From an uncultured virus (IMG/VR IMGVR_UViG_3300044653_000122) (Duplodnaviria; Heunggongvirae; Uroviricota; Caudoviricetes), in the IMG/VR virus record IMGVR_UViG_3300044653_000122: 64,000 bases of DNA, one strand, 5' to 3'. Shown piece by piece: positions 46,506 to 55,717 of this stretch. How positions within the stretch are numbered: the first letter of the stretch is position 1; each line of letters opens with the position of its first letter. A program made the translations under genes and the position numbers. Below the pieces are notes generated by a model, which saw only the letters and a list, made by a program, of their open reading frames with translations, was not told the DNA's origin and made no database searches.

Positions 46506-46871
46506 ATGGAAACCAACGTCGCCTCCAAGCTCTCGTACCAGCTCCGCCGGGCCAACCGCACCATGAAGCTGCGCGCTGACATCGTGGACACCAACATCGT
46601 CTTCTCCGGCGGCAAGTACGGCGAACACCGCCTCAGCCTCCTCGTCTCGGACGAGACGCGCATCCGCACCCACTGGGAGGGCTACTGCGCCAACAATGGC
46701 CTTCCCCGGCCGGTTGTAGGCCAGAAGGTCTCCTTCATCGGGTCCAACGGCACGAGCTATCTCGGGACCGTGACCAAGGTCGGCACGAAGCGTGTCTCCC
46801 TCGACTACACCTACCGTCACGGCGGCGCGGGTCGGACGAACGTCCTGATCTCCGAGACCACCTACGCGTAA
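46506..46871 (+). CDS. Hypothetical protein with an SH3-like C-terminus
   Basis: VGQKVSF...GTVTKVGTKRV. Confidence 0.7.
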   Translation: METNVASKLSYQLRRANRTMKLRADIVDTNIVFSGGKYGEHRLSLLVSDETRIRTHWEGYCANNGLPRPVVGQKVSFIGSNGTSYLGTVTKVGTKRVSLDYTYRHGGAGRTNVLISETTYA

Positions 46872-46885
46872 AGAGCAGGGGCCGT

Positions 46886-47131
46886 GTGAGCGATTCCTGT
46901 AAGCACCTTATCCAGCTAGGGATCCCTCGTCGGCGGGTCAATGGCCTCAACGTCGAGGTGGGTCAGCCGCTCGATCGCTGTCGGATGAAAACGCCCGAGC
47001 ACTGGGGTGATGCCGACCCAAGGGCCGCCCGTTGGCTTCTCTCCGGGGGAGATCCTCTTGTCCTCGGGATCTGCACCCCTAACGGCAACTGCCCGCTCAA
47101 AATCTTTGATCGAGGGCCTTTACGGCTGTAA
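46886..47131 (+). CDS. Small Cys-containing protein
   Basis: Fills the gap between two motif units. Confidence 0.5.
   Translation: MSDSCKHLIQLGIPRRRVNGLNVEVGQPLDRCRMKTPEHWGDADPRAARWLLSGGDPLVLGICTPNGNCPLKIFDRGPLRL
47106..47131 (+). promoter_or_regulatory. Class-1 motif
   Basis: TTGATC-N15-TGTAA-N7-ATG. Confidence 0.85.
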
Positions 47132-47138
47132 AGGACAC

Positions 47139-47318
47139 ATGAACACCAAGCACAACCCCGAGCGCCGCGTTTTCAAGGGCCGTTCCTACCGCAAGGGCGG
47201 CCGTCACATCCGCGACCTCCGCGATCTTTGCAAGGCGTGCGACGGCACGGGTTCCCAGTTCGTGAGCGCCGATCACGACGAGACCAAGCCCTGCCCGATC
47301 TGCAAGGGCGCCCGCTAG
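47139..47318 (+). CDS. Small DnaJ-type Zn-finger protein (59 aa)
   Basis: CKACDGTG...CPICKG. Confidence 0.7.
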   Translation: MNTKHNPERRVFKGRSYRKGGRHIRDLRDLCKACDGTGSQFVSADHDETKPCPICKGAR

Positions 47319-47339
47319 TCCCACGGTGTACGCATCACC

Positions 47340-47852
47340 ATGGATAAGCTCGAACAAGCCGCGCGGAGCTTCGCTGAGGTAGCTCACGGCGATCAGAAGT
47401 ACGGTAAACACCCGTACGTAAAGCACTTGGCGGCTGTGCGAGCCGTCCTCGAAGACTTCGGCTTCAGTGGTGATCTTGGGGTTGCCGCGTGGCTGCACGA
47501 TGTTCTGGAAGACACGAAGGTGACGAGTGATCAACTAGAACTCGCGTTCGGATCGACGGTGACGCACCTCGTGTGGGCTGTCACGGGTGTGGGCGTCAAT
47601 CGCAAAGAACGCAACGAGTGCGCCTATGGACGTATCGAGCGTAACCCGAAGGCGATCATCCTCAAGCTCGCGGACCGGATCGCCAATGTCGAGGCGTGTG
47701 CTAAGACGCGGGACCACCGACTAGGGATGTACCGGCAAGAACACGTGGCTTTCAAAGCGCGCCTCGTCCGGCTAGCAAAGTTTCTCGACGAGGAAGAGAT
47801 CGTCATGGCCATGTGGGCCCGGCTTGATCTTGTTTTCTCTGACCCTGTTTGA
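47340..47852 (+). CDS. RelA/SpoT-type HD hydrolase (Mesh1-like), second copy
   Basis: AHGDQKYG.HPY..HL, AAWLHDVLEDT, KLADRIAN. Confidence 0.85.
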   Translation: MDKLEQAARSFAEVAHGDQKYGKHPYVKHLAAVRAVLEDFGFSGDLGVAAWLHDVLEDTKVTSDQLELAFGSTVTHLVWAVTGVGVNRKERNECAYGRIERNPKAIILKLADRIANVEACAKTRDHRLGMYRQEHVAFKARLVRLAKFLDEEEIVMAMWARLDLVFSDPV

Positions 47853-47874
47853 TCGGGGCCTTCGTTGACAGTAG
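47849..47874 (+). promoter_or_regulatory. Class-1 motif
   Basis: TTGATC-N15-AGTAG-N7-ATG. Confidence 0.8.
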
Positions 47875-47881
47875 GGGGAGC

Positions 47882-48055
47882 ATGGACAACAACGACCCCC
47901 TCCGCAAGGCCATCCGCATCTCGACCAAGATGGCGCTCCGCTTCATCGCTCAGGCTCGCAAGGCCCCGTCCCCCAGCCTCAAGGCCGAGTTCGTGAAGAT
48001 GGCGATGGCGAGCCGCGAGAACTGCCGCAAGTATCGCGCGAGCCTCGGGGCGTGA
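47882..48055 (+). CDS. Small basic helical protein
   Basis: ATG 7 nt after the motif. Confidence 0.7.
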   Translation: MDNNDPLRKAIRISTKMALRFIAQARKAPSPSLKAEFVKMAMASRENCRKYRASLGA

Positions 48056-48056
48056 A

Positions 48057-48323
48057 ATGCCCTCCCGAGAGTACGTCCGCCTCACCTTCAAACCCGCTGG
48101 CGCCTCTCGGCGAGTGATGTGCTGGGCCGTCGTCGTGAAACGTACAGCCACTCGCGTCACCTACCTCAAGTGCGACAACGAGGGAGAGACCGTCCAGGAC
48201 GGTGGGACCCAGGATGGTTTGCCGGTCGAGCGGACCCACATGATCGTGGCGACCCCGGCCGAGGTCACCGAAAGACCCGCACGGATGAATCTCAAGTACG
48301 CCCTGTTGGAGGTTGTCCCATGA
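48057..48323 (+). CDS. Small hypothetical protein
   Basis: Operon-coupled ORF. Confidence 0.65.
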   Translation: MPSREYVRLTFKPAGASRRVMCWAVVVKRTATRVTYLKCDNEGETVQDGGTQDGLPVERTHMIVATPAEVTERPARMNLKYALLEVVP

Positions 48324-48505
48324 ACTTGCACGCCCGCATCGCTGAGGCCCTTGGGTGGACCGAGGCCGAAGTCAAGAGCTTCTCCTTCCAGTCCTTGCGA
48401 GAACTTGTCCGCCCAGTGAATCCGAAGCTCGCCCACGAGCTAGACGAAGCCATCCGCTCCGGCAGCTACAGCGTCGGAGAACCTATCAAGAAGTCTGGGC
48501 ACTGA
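48320..48505 (+). CDS. Small hypothetical protein
   Basis: ATGA overlap; LHARIAEALGW. Confidence 0.65.
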   Translation: MNLHARIAEALGWTEAEVKSFSFQSLRELVRPVNPKLAHELDEAIRSGSYSVGEPIKKSGH

Positions 48506-48529
48506 TAGCCGCCGGTGTAGTAACCCCAC

Positions 48530-49192
48530 ATGGGATACTACGGCACCGAGACCATCGACGTTCACACCCAAGGTTCCGCCGAGACCGACTGGCTCTCCGC
48601 GACCTACAGCGCCTCCGTCGTCTGCTCCGGCAAGACGGGCCCCGAGGCCAAGACCAAGCTGGCACCCATCACCGAGAAGATCCTGGAGGCCGTCCGCAGC
48701 AAGGCGGACGCGGCCGGCATCGACCTCGGTCGGCTCCAGACGACCCTCAACGTCTCCATCCGCAACAACCGGCAGACGGGCGAGTTCGAGGGCTACAACG
48801 CGACCTACACCATCAAGTTCAACGGCAAGAGCGTCGCGGCGGCCCCCGAGGTCCACGATGCCCTCACGAGCATCGAGAGCGTCATGGCCGACACCCCGAA
48901 ATACAACCTCAACGAGACCAACGAAGCCCACGGGCAGGCCTTCAAAGAGGCCTACGACAAGGCCAAGCTGAAGTTCGAGACCCAATGCAAGGCGACGGGC
49001 CTCGACTCCACCGAGTGGGGCCTCAAGTCCTGGGACATTCAGGACGAGGAGCACCGCGGCAAGACCCTGGGCTACAACACCGACGGCAACGCCCCGAAGG
49101 CCATCGGCCTCAAGCCTGGACGCGCCCTCATCGAAGAAGCTCGGGTGGGCCTCAGGGTGCGAGTGATCACGAACTCATACGGACTGGAGTGA
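48530..49192 (+). CDS. SIMPL (DUF541)-like protein lacking a signal peptide
   Basis: IDVHTQGSAE...GYNATYTI...AFKEAYDKAK pattern; ATG 9 nt after GGTGTAG. Confidence 0.55.
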   Translation: MGYYGTETIDVHTQGSAETDWLSATYSASVVCSGKTGPEAKTKLAPITEKILEAVRSKADAAGIDLGRLQTTLNVSIRNNRQTGEFEGYNATYTIKFNGKSVAAAPEVHDALTSIESVMADTPKYNLNETNEAHGQAFKEAYDKAKLKFETQCKATGLDSTEWGLKSWDIQDEEHRGKTLGYNTDGNAPKAIGLKPGRALIEEARVGLRVRVITNSYGLE

Positions 49193-49350
49193 TCACGGAG
49201 CTGAGACCCCACCAAAACGGAGTTCTCGTGCGACAGGACGGCCTCTTCCGTAGCTCCTGTGGGTGGGGCTACGAAGAGCTGGAGGTGGATAGGGAGCCCG
49301 CAGTCGTCGGCCCCTCCGTATGGGAGCTGCTCAAGAGGCCCTTGGTGTAG
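49189..49350 (+). CDS. Small protein ending near PSVWELL
   Basis: GTGA overlap; its TAG stop overlaps GGTGTAG. Confidence 0.5.
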   Translation: MITELRPHQNGVLVRQDGLFRSSCGWGYEELEVDREPAVVGPSVWELLKRPLV

Positions 49351-49361
49351 TACAAAGAACG

Positions 49362-50078
49362 ATGCTGAAGCTCTTCACTGTCACTGTCGAGACCGAAATC
49401 GTCGTCCTGGCCAACTCCAGCACTGAAGCTGAAGAGCTGGCACGCGACACAATCGGACCAGGAGGGGACATCAGCTCTAACGAGTTCGACACGCACGCGC
49501 AGCCCATGAGCTACCTTCCCGGATCGTGGGAGACCGATGCGATCCCCTACGGAGAACACGACTCTTCTGATCCCGATCGAACCATCCAAAGTTGGATCGA
49601 TCACGGAGCCGCACCCGAGTTCGCTCAACAGCGGACGATCTCCGTCATGGTCAACGGTACCTGGCACACGATCCAACGGGACGAGAGGCCCTGGGAAGAC
49701 ATCTCGAAAACCATCACCAACCTCGCCAAAGAGCATGACTGGAGTCCCCAGCACGTCAAAGACCTCCACATCTCGGTCCATCAAGACCCCGTCTGCTCGG
49801 CCCGCCTCAAGGCTTATGTTGCACAGGCCCCTGTGGGGCTTGCCCCCAGGAACATCACCTGCCCCATTCACAGCACTAACAAGACTTGTGCGGCGTCGGT
49901 GAAGGACTTGTACCTCAGCTATGAGGACATCCTGGGCTATGCCCACAAGGAAGGGCACCAGACAGTCGTCTACCGCAAAGGACCAGCGAAGAATCCCCAG
50001 GGATCCCTTGCACCCGGAGAACACGTCTTGGTCTGTCACACGATGGTCTTCAACGTCGCGAACACATCCAATGCCTGA
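49362..50078 (+). CDS. Protein with a C-terminal multiubiquitin-type (bacterial Ubl, beta-grasp) domain
   Basis: ISVMVNG...LSYEDILGYA...TVVYRKGP..NPQGSLAPGEHV.V...MVFNVANTSNA fits the multiubiquitin-domain pattern as I recall it. Confidence 0.65.
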   Translation: MLKLFTVTVETEIVVLANSSTEAEELARDTIGPGGDISSNEFDTHAQPMSYLPGSWETDAIPYGEHDSSDPDRTIQSWIDHGAAPEFAQQRTISVMVNGTWHTIQRDERPWEDISKTITNLAKEHDWSPQHVKDLHISVHQDPVCSARLKAYVAQAPVGLAPRNITCPIHSTNKTCAASVKDLYLSYEDILGYAHKEGHQTVVYRKGPAKNPQGSLAPGEHVLVCHTMVFNVANTSNA

Positions 50079-50154
50079 CTTCCAGCTCATCTCAATCGGT
50101 GTTGTGTCCATCGACGACGATCTCATTGCTAAGGTTGCTGAGAGGGTGTGAGTT

Positions 50155-50610
50155 GTGGGCTGGCAAGTCCTGTGGATGATCTGGATCTGCGGAGTAGCCG
50201 GCATCCTGGCGATCATCGCCATCTTGCAGATGGACAAGATGCTTGAGGATGGAGAGGTCGCTCCACGGCCCATCTGGAAGTGGTTCGCGATAGGGGCAGT
50301 CTGCTGGCCACTCTTCGTTCTCTTCTTTGTCCTCGCCAGCTTCTTGGTGCTGGTTCTTCCTGAGCCGAAAGCTGTGCCCCAGCGAGCCATGCTACCCACC
50401 ATGAAGAGCAAGACCTTCGCCTTCACCGTCAAGATCGGTGAGGAGTCCTGGGACTGCTATCATTTCGAGTCTTCGGACGGAAAGACTGGTACACTCGGCT
50501 TCACTCGACGAGGAGTGAACTGGATCATCGGGCTCATGTGTGCTGGGCACCTCACCGCAGAAGAGGCTGAAAAGAAGCTCATCGAGAGCAACCGAAATGA
50601 GGTTAATTAG
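50155..50610 (+). CDS. Membrane protein (2 TM)
   Basis: Two hydrophobic helices, with a WP motif. Confidence 0.6.
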   Translation: MGWQVLWMIWICGVAGILAIIAILQMDKMLEDGEVAPRPIWKWFAIGAVCWPLFVLFFVLASFLVLVLPEPKAVPQRAMLPTMKSKTFAFTVKIGEESWDCYHFESSDGKTGTLGFTRRGVNWIIGLMCAGHLTAEEAEKKLIESNRNEVN

Positions 50611-50914
50611 AGTGGGCGCACCCAAACACAAGGCGGAAAAGTATGTCATCTACGGCACATCTGAGAGTTTCGACGACTTCGTCGACGCACTCCAAAGAGG
50701 GCGGGAACTTGGGCATGGCACCCGGATCGTCCGAGCATCCGACGGTGCCCTCCTCGCCTACTTTCAGACCTACGGCAGAGGAAAGGTTGAGGGCTTGGGC
50801 AAGCCTGCTCTGCCCCCGAAGCCGAAGCCGGTTCTTCAATCCGATGACGTGAGGTCTGGTCGTCGAGGGCAGAACGGTGTTCATCGATCCGTTCGACGAA
50901 GTCAGCTCAACTAG
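50597..50914 (+). CDS. Hypothetical protein
   Basis: Overlap-coupled ORF. Confidence 0.5.
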   Translation: MRLIRVGAPKHKAEKYVIYGTSESFDDFVDALQRGRELGHGTRIVRASDGALLAYFQTYGRGKVEGLGKPALPPKPKPVLQSDDVRSGRRGQNGVHRSVRRSQLN

Positions 50915-51351
50915 CTCACCTGCGTTGAGGCCTTACCGAAGACCTCCAGAACCCCCTCAATAACCTGAAGCACCCACTCCGTCCGAACAGACACACCGTC
51001 CTCTCCCAGCGCCCGCCTGGGATCGTCCGTAGAGACGGGTACCGGCCACATGCAGTGCGGCAGGTAGAAGTAGAAAGCGGTCCGGTTCGATGGCCAAGGA
51101 AATGGCAACGTTTCGATGTCTGGACGGTCTAGAACATACCCACAACAGTTCTTGTGGTCGAAGATCACAAGCTCGACACGACCACCTGGTAGCGCGAGCT
51201 TCCAAATGTCCCGCAAAGTTTCCAGCGTCCGCCAAGTGAACGCTGCATGTGAGAGCGACTGAAGCTCTTCCCGGCTCTGCGAGGATAAACGCGACACGAA
51301 CTGCCGATCGGGTATCCGCAGCGGGGGCAGCTTCAAGCCCTTGGGAATCAT
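50911..51351 (-). CDS. Hypothetical protein
   Basis: GGTGTAG upstream (divergent pair). Confidence 0.6.
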   Translation of the reverse strand: MIPKGLKLPPLRIPDRQFVSRLSSQSREELQSLSHAAFTWRTLETLRDIWKLALPGGRVELVIFDHKNCCGYVLDRPDIETLPFPWPSNRTAFYFYLPHCMWPVPVSTDDPRRALGEDGVSVRTEWVLQVIEGVLEVFGKASTQVS

Positions 51352-51405
51352 TAAATCCTGATTCTACACCGGGATCATCGACGTGGCGAGGTGTAGTGAT
51401 CAGAT

Positions 51406-51792
51406 GTGAACCACCCCATTGACCACTGTGCTGATTGTGGGCATGCCCGAGTATACCACGACGGTGACTGCATGGGTGAAGATATCCCTGATGACGGGAT
51501 GTGCGGCTGCACCAAGTTCGAAGAGCCGGAGATGAGTCAGGTGTTCAACAAGGCAGCCTATACAACACTTCTCACCCAAGAAGTGGACTACCTCACCGTC
51601 AACGGCTGGACAAGCTGCGGTCCTGAGAAGTGGTCCAACGAGGTGCTCGGACGCGATGGTCTCGTCCACGGTCATGCAGTCAACGTGCAAAAGCAGCGCG
51701 ACCGCATGAGCCTGAGACAGGTTACCCCTGCACGTCAGGCTTCTCAGCAAGCCGAAGAAGGTATTGCTCCTCTTCATCACACCACTGAGTGA
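51406..51792 (+). CDS. Cys/His Zn-binding protein
   Basis: CADCGH..YH...C...CGCTKF; GTG 9 nt after GGTGTAG. Confidence 0.65.
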   Translation: MNHPIDHCADCGHARVYHDGDCMGEDIPDDGMCGCTKFEEPEMSQVFNKAAYTTLLTQEVDYLTVNGWTSCGPEKWSNEVLGRDGLVHGHAVNVQKQRDRMSLRQVTPARQASQQAEEGIAPLHHTTE

Positions 51793-51922
51793 GTTGCTTG
51801 CGGGCCTCGTCGCTCGTTCCGGGAGGGTTGGCACGCAGGCCCGCACGTAGAACAGCGATCACTTCGGCCAGCCTCTCCTCTGGGACCGCAAGAACCTCAC
51901 TCGCCAATGCCGATACCCTCAC
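51722..51922 (-). CDS. Small hypothetical protein
   Basis: GTGA overlap; VPEERLAEVI.VLRAGL...WCDEEEQYL. Confidence 0.55.
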   Translation of the reverse strand: MRVSALASEVLAVPEERLAEVIAVLRAGLRANPPGTSDEARKQLTQWCDEEEQYLLRLAEKPDVQG

Positions 51923-52395
51923 ATCCAATACTGGTGCAGACCCCACTTCACCGTGATGGTCGCGTAGTGTTCTTCCAGAGCTTCCAGCTCCTTCGCGAAG
52001 GCCCTCTTGAACCATTTCATTTCCCACTCTGGATCGGCATGTTGTAGGTCTAGATGAATCTCGACGTCGTCATCCCAGTCCGGTCGAGGATCTCCCTGCC
52101 GGCGCACGTTTGGAACGAGCCAGAGCACCTTGCGGTAGTAATCCTCCGAGTGGATCTCGTGTAGCTGCTCGCCTGTGATCTCAGAGTGGTCAGGGTAAGC
52201 CGGGACCGTGATGGGGACCTTCCCGTTAGACGCCCCACACGTCGCGCAGAACTTGCCCGCGGCGGCCGGCTGGATCTTCGTTGGGTGCTTCGAGCATTCG
52301 GGAACCGTGCACCCCCAGACGAAGTCCTCACGCGTCGCCGGCTGGTACAGACACTCGACGTACGGACCGAGGTACAGGCACTTATGGCTGCTCAC
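51919..52395 (-). CDS. Zn-ribbon hypothetical protein
   Basis: YLGPYVEC, KFCATCG. Confidence 0.7.
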   Translation of the reverse strand: MSSHKCLYLGPYVECLYQPATREDFVWGCTVPECSKHPTKIQPAAAGKFCATCGASNGKVPITVPAYPDHSEITGEQLHEIHSEDYYRKVLWLVPNVRRQGDPRPDWDDDVEIHLDLQHADPEWEMKWFKRAFAKELEALEEHYATITVKWGLHQYWM

Positions 52396-52691
52396 GGTTC
52401 CTCGTAGACTGCCTCGATCTCATCCACGCCGAACGCGACCCCGCTCCCATCACTGTACTCGCAATCGAGGACAGGATCGTTGTTCACCACGCCGTGGAGA
52501 CCCTCCTCGTGGAGACCCTCGACCTTGACCCACATGTGCTCGGTTGAAGGGAGCTTCGTCCTCGGGTCGGTTGCTGGAAACCCGAGCTTCACGTACTTGC
52601 CGACGAAGGTCTTGGGGTCCTTGCCCGTGAACGCGCCCGGCTTGCTTGCATGCGTCGGGCAAACCAGCCCGATGTTGTCCATTGGTTCCAT
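52392..52691 (-). CDS. DUF2314-like protein
   Basis: VKLGF...EHMWV.V...GVVNNDP. Confidence 0.55.
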   Translation of the reverse strand: MEPMDNIGLVCPTHASKPGAFTGKDPKTFVGKYVKLGFPATDPRTKLPSTEHMWVKVEGLHEEGLHGVVNNDPVLDCEYSDGSGVAFGVDEIEAVYEEP

Positions 52692-52712
52692 GATCGTTAC
52701 TACACCACTCCC

Positions 52713-53255
52713 TCAGACTGCCCAGGCGGTTCGGTCACCAAGAATGTCCCAGACGGACCGCCGCGCCTGGTACATCGGCCGAACACCTGTGAGGAGGTCA
52801 GACGACCGACAGAAGAACATCGAGTAGACCTGCTCGCACCAGATGAACCCGCCGTGTCGATGGGACACGGATGCCTTGTAATCCTTCTCGGAGTGATCTT
52901 TCAGGTTCGTCATGCAGACGACTATCCCCCAGCCCGTCTTGGTGTTGAGGTAGGTCACCTCTCCCTGGATCTCTCGGGTGTCGTTCACTTTCCAGTGGAT
53001 GTGCACCCCCTTCACGAGCCAGCGGGGGAGCCGCGTGGTGTCCTTCTTGAAGTGGTGGGGACGCCAGTCTCGCTCGATCTCCTCGGCGGGCATCCACACG
53101 AGCTTGCGATCGTACCCCTCGACCATGCAGAGGAACCATCCTGGCTGGTGAGACCTAGGAAAGTCAGCCTGGAACTTCCGAGGAGGGTCCCATGGCTTGG
53201 GCAGGACCCACATCCGCCAGCCGTTGCGGATCCACCGACTGTTCCTACGAACCAT
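52713..53255 (-). CDS. Hypothetical protein ending near RSVWDIL
   Basis: Trp-rich ORF. Confidence 0.6.
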   Translation of the reverse strand: MVRRNSRWIRNGWRMWVLPKPWDPPRKFQADFPRSHQPGWFLCMVEGYDRKLVWMPAEEIERDWRPHHFKKDTTRLPRWLVKGVHIHWKVNDTREIQGEVTYLNTKTGWGIVVCMTNLKDHSEKDYKASVSHRHGGFIWCEQVYSMFFCRSSDLLTGVRPMYQARRSVWDILGDRTAWAV

Positions 53256-53390
53256 CGCCCACCAGCCCCTCCCGCAGCTTCATCCAGAGCTGACCCAGCA
53301 TGTTGGCCCCCTTCCAGGTCCCGTCGGCCTGCTTCGCCGCGCCCCAGAAGAGCCCCGTCCCGCGAGGCCTCGACTCTTGGTGTCGGCGGC

Positions 53391-54083
53391 TCACGCGGAC
53401 GCTTCCCAGAGGGCGTTGAGACGCGCGACCTCTTTGCGTACGATTAGAAGCATCTTTTTGATCTCGGGCCCCGCATGCTTGACCTGAAGAGCGAGCTTCT
53501 TATCACGCCACTCCACGAAGTTCGTCGCGTGGAGTGGCAAGATCCCAGCCAGATCCTTTGAAAACGCCGCTGCGACCTCTTCGTCAAAGAACAGGCTCTC
53601 GGAGTAGCCCGTGAGGATCGTGTTGACCTCCGGGCCGATGTAGACGCCGAGCTGGTCCGTGACGCACCAGCGAAGAGTCTTGGGAAGTTTCAACGCCTCC
53701 TTGAGGTTATCGACGACGAGGATCGGCCACGCCTGGTAGCCGTCGTAGACCGTGAAGGGCACGGGCTCGTCGAAGACGTTGGGCGTGACGGCGTCTTTCT
53801 GGAACCGTCTCTTTTTCTTGCCGATCTTGAGGGCCATCCATCGGGTCTGGCTATAGATCAGGCACGATTCCCAACCATGGCAGTGCGAGGCGTAGTCGAA
53901 CCCCACGGCATCCGAGCTGTTGTCGTAGTCGAGAGCCCCCTCGTCGCCCAGGCCGGGCCTTGACGAGATGCTGTCGCCATCACCGAGAACGTCAGACCAC
54001 TTGCGCCAGTTCTTGCGCATGAACTGGACCATCTGCTTGCGGAGCTTAGTGCTACGCGCCCGGATCGCGATGCTGTAGCCCAT
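53391..54083 (-). CDS. Hypothetical protein
   Basis: ATG 8 nt after GGTGTAG. Confidence 0.7.
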   Translation of the reverse strand: MGYSIAIRARSTKLRKQMVQFMRKNWRKWSDVLGDGDSISSRPGLGDEGALDYDNSSDAVGFDYASHCHGWESCLIYSQTRWMALKIGKKKRRFQKDAVTPNVFDEPVPFTVYDGYQAWPILVVDNLKEALKLPKTLRWCVTDQLGVYIGPEVNTILTGYSESLFFDEEVAAAFSKDLAGILPLHATNFVEWRDKKLALQVKHAGPEIKKMLLIVRKEVARLNALWEASA

Positions 54084-54165
54084 ACCCGGATCTACACCAA
54101 CTTGCCCTTGAGGAGCTTGCCCAGCCACCCGTAGGCCAGTCCGACCTTGGTGGAGGCGATGACGT

Positions 54166-54522
54166 TCACGCGGCGTTCCTCCGAAAGCCGCTGCGGTGCT
54201 GCGAGCAGAAGGCATAGGCCTCGCGGGCCCGCTCGATCATCCGGTCGAGAACCCCATCGACCGTTCCCGTGCGGTGTACCCGGGTGCCCTTGAAGATGCC
54301 GCGCTCCCCACGCACTGCCACAACCCGGATGGCATCTTGGCCGCAGCGACGGGCCACGCTCGACCCCTGCCGGATCGACGTGTAGACCTTGACCACGTAG
54401 CTGGCGTCAGCGTTATGCGCGCGGCCGTAGACGATCTCCTCGCCCCGCTGCTCCAGCCGCCGAAACCCAGCCGACTCCAGCCGCCCGATGATCGCTTCCG
54501 CAGGGACCTGAACGTAGCTCAT
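54166..54522 (-). CDS. Hypothetical protein (predicted leaderless)
   Basis: VKVYTSI...R.CG.DAIRV...RVHRT; ATG 7 nt after the motif. Confidence 0.75.
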   Translation of the reverse strand: MSYVQVPAEAIIGRLESAGFRRLEQRGEEIVYGRAHNADASYVVKVYTSIRQGSSVARRCGQDAIRVVAVRGERGIFKGTRVHRTGTVDGVLDRMIERAREAYAFCSQHRSGFRRNAA

Positions 54523-54529
54523 GCCCCTA

Positions 54530-54555
54530 GTACACCGCCAGGCGGCGTCGATCAA
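54530..54555 (-). promoter_or_regulatory. Class-1 motif
   Basis: TTGATC-N15-TGTAC-N7-ATG; its TGA is the upstream stop. Confidence 0.85.
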
Positions 54556-54941
54556 AAGGAGCAGCCGAACTTCTTTTCGGCATGTTTCCGCGCCCATGCT
54601 GTCGCCCATGCAAGAGCCCCCTCCGGGTGATCGTCGGCGTCGTAGAAAGCCCCACTGCTCTCCTGGTCCAGCTCGGGCAAGTTTCCAGGGAGGGGAAGGG
54701 TGAACCGCAGAATGGCCCAACGAAGCCCGCTGTGCGGTTCCGGTTGCAAGATAGCATAGCGGTAACGACTCCCGTTCGTATACCGGATGATGGGGGTCGC
54801 CCAGGCCATGAACTTATCGCCCTTGGCACGTTCGTACGTGGGCCAGTCGTCGAAACCTTCGTTGTTGTGATCAGCCCACTGGGGGCATGTGAAGCCAGGG
54901 TGCGCGAGAGAGCGGTTGCAGGTCGAACAGTTCACGGACAC
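54552..54941 (-). CDS. Hypothetical protein
   Basis: AGGAG SD. Confidence 0.65.
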   Translation of the reverse strand: MSVNCSTCNRSLAHPGFTCPQWADHNNEGFDDWPTYERAKGDKFMAWATPIIRYTNGSRYRYAILQPEPHSGLRWAILRFTLPLPGNLPELDQESSGAFYDADDHPEGALAWATAWARKHAEKKFGCSF

Positions 54942-54958
54942 ACGTCTCCTTGGCCCTT

Positions 54959-54984
54959 GTACATTCCGTCAACTTCGCGATCAA
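54959..54984 (-). promoter_or_regulatory. Class-1 motif
   Basis: TTGATC-N15-TGTAC; leadered gene. Confidence 0.75.
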
Positions 54985-55239
54985 ACACACTGTTATGCCC
55001 CCAGAAACACCCGGAGGATCTTCACGATCTTGTCCCGCTCCTCCTGCATCATCTTCTGCTCTCTGGCCGCTTCCACCAGTTTCCCACGTTCGGTCAGGCG
55101 GCCCTGGGTGTGAGCATGTTGAAGAGCCTTGTCGAGAGCCTCAACTAGCTTCTCGAATGGGGTTTTCATGGCCCACCACTCCCGTAGGCCCAGGGTTCTT
55201 ACGGAAAATGGGCCCTATGGGGACGCGCCAAACAAAACA

Positions 55240-55599
55240 TCAACACGGTTCGATCACGATGTCGGCCGCCGTGATACGAGCACCCTGGATCTTCCGCCAG
55301 ACGTACCCACCCCCAGTTTCGTAAACGCCAGGAGGTACGTCCACGACATAACATTGACCCTTGAAATCCACGAGGAGGAATGCGTGGTCATCCCCTTCCT
55401 GTCCTCCGTCTTGGATATCCACGTCGGGAAGCGCCGACGCAATGACCGTACGCATGGCGTCTGTGACTCGATCACATACGCCTCCCGTACCCAGCTCTTC
55501 GTCCACGCCATCCTCATCCTGTTCCCAAGCATCCACGACAGCCTGTGCCGCCACAGCCATCTGGTTACGGAGAGCGTGAAGATCAGAACGAAGACTCAT
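55240..55599 (-). CDS. Hypothetical protein (predicted leaderless)
   Basis: GGVCD...HA...YETGGGY.W; ATG 7 nt after the motif. Confidence 0.75.
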   Translation of the reverse strand: MSLRSDLHALRNQMAVAAQAVVDAWEQDEDGVDEELGTGGVCDRVTDAMRTVIASALPDVDIQDGGQEGDDHAFLLVDFKGQCYVVDVPPGVYETGGGYVWRKIQGARITAADIVIEPC

Positions 55600-55606
55600 G
55601 CGCCCT

Positions 55607-55632
55607 CTACAAACGTGGAACTGCCCGATCAA
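55607..55632 (-). promoter_or_regulatory. Class-1 motif
   Basis: TTGATC-N15-TGTAG-N7-ATG. Confidence 0.85.
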
Positions 55633-55684
55633 ACCAAGACGAAGCCCGGAGATCGCCCATGATCAAAAATACACCGTCAGTCTT

Positions 55685-55710
55685 TTGATCGGTAGCGGTC
55701 TAGATTGTAC
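55685..55710 (+). promoter_or_regulatory. Class-1 motif
   Basis: TTGATC-N15-TGTAC-N7-ATG. Confidence 0.85.
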
Positions 55711-55717
55711 CTCAGCC

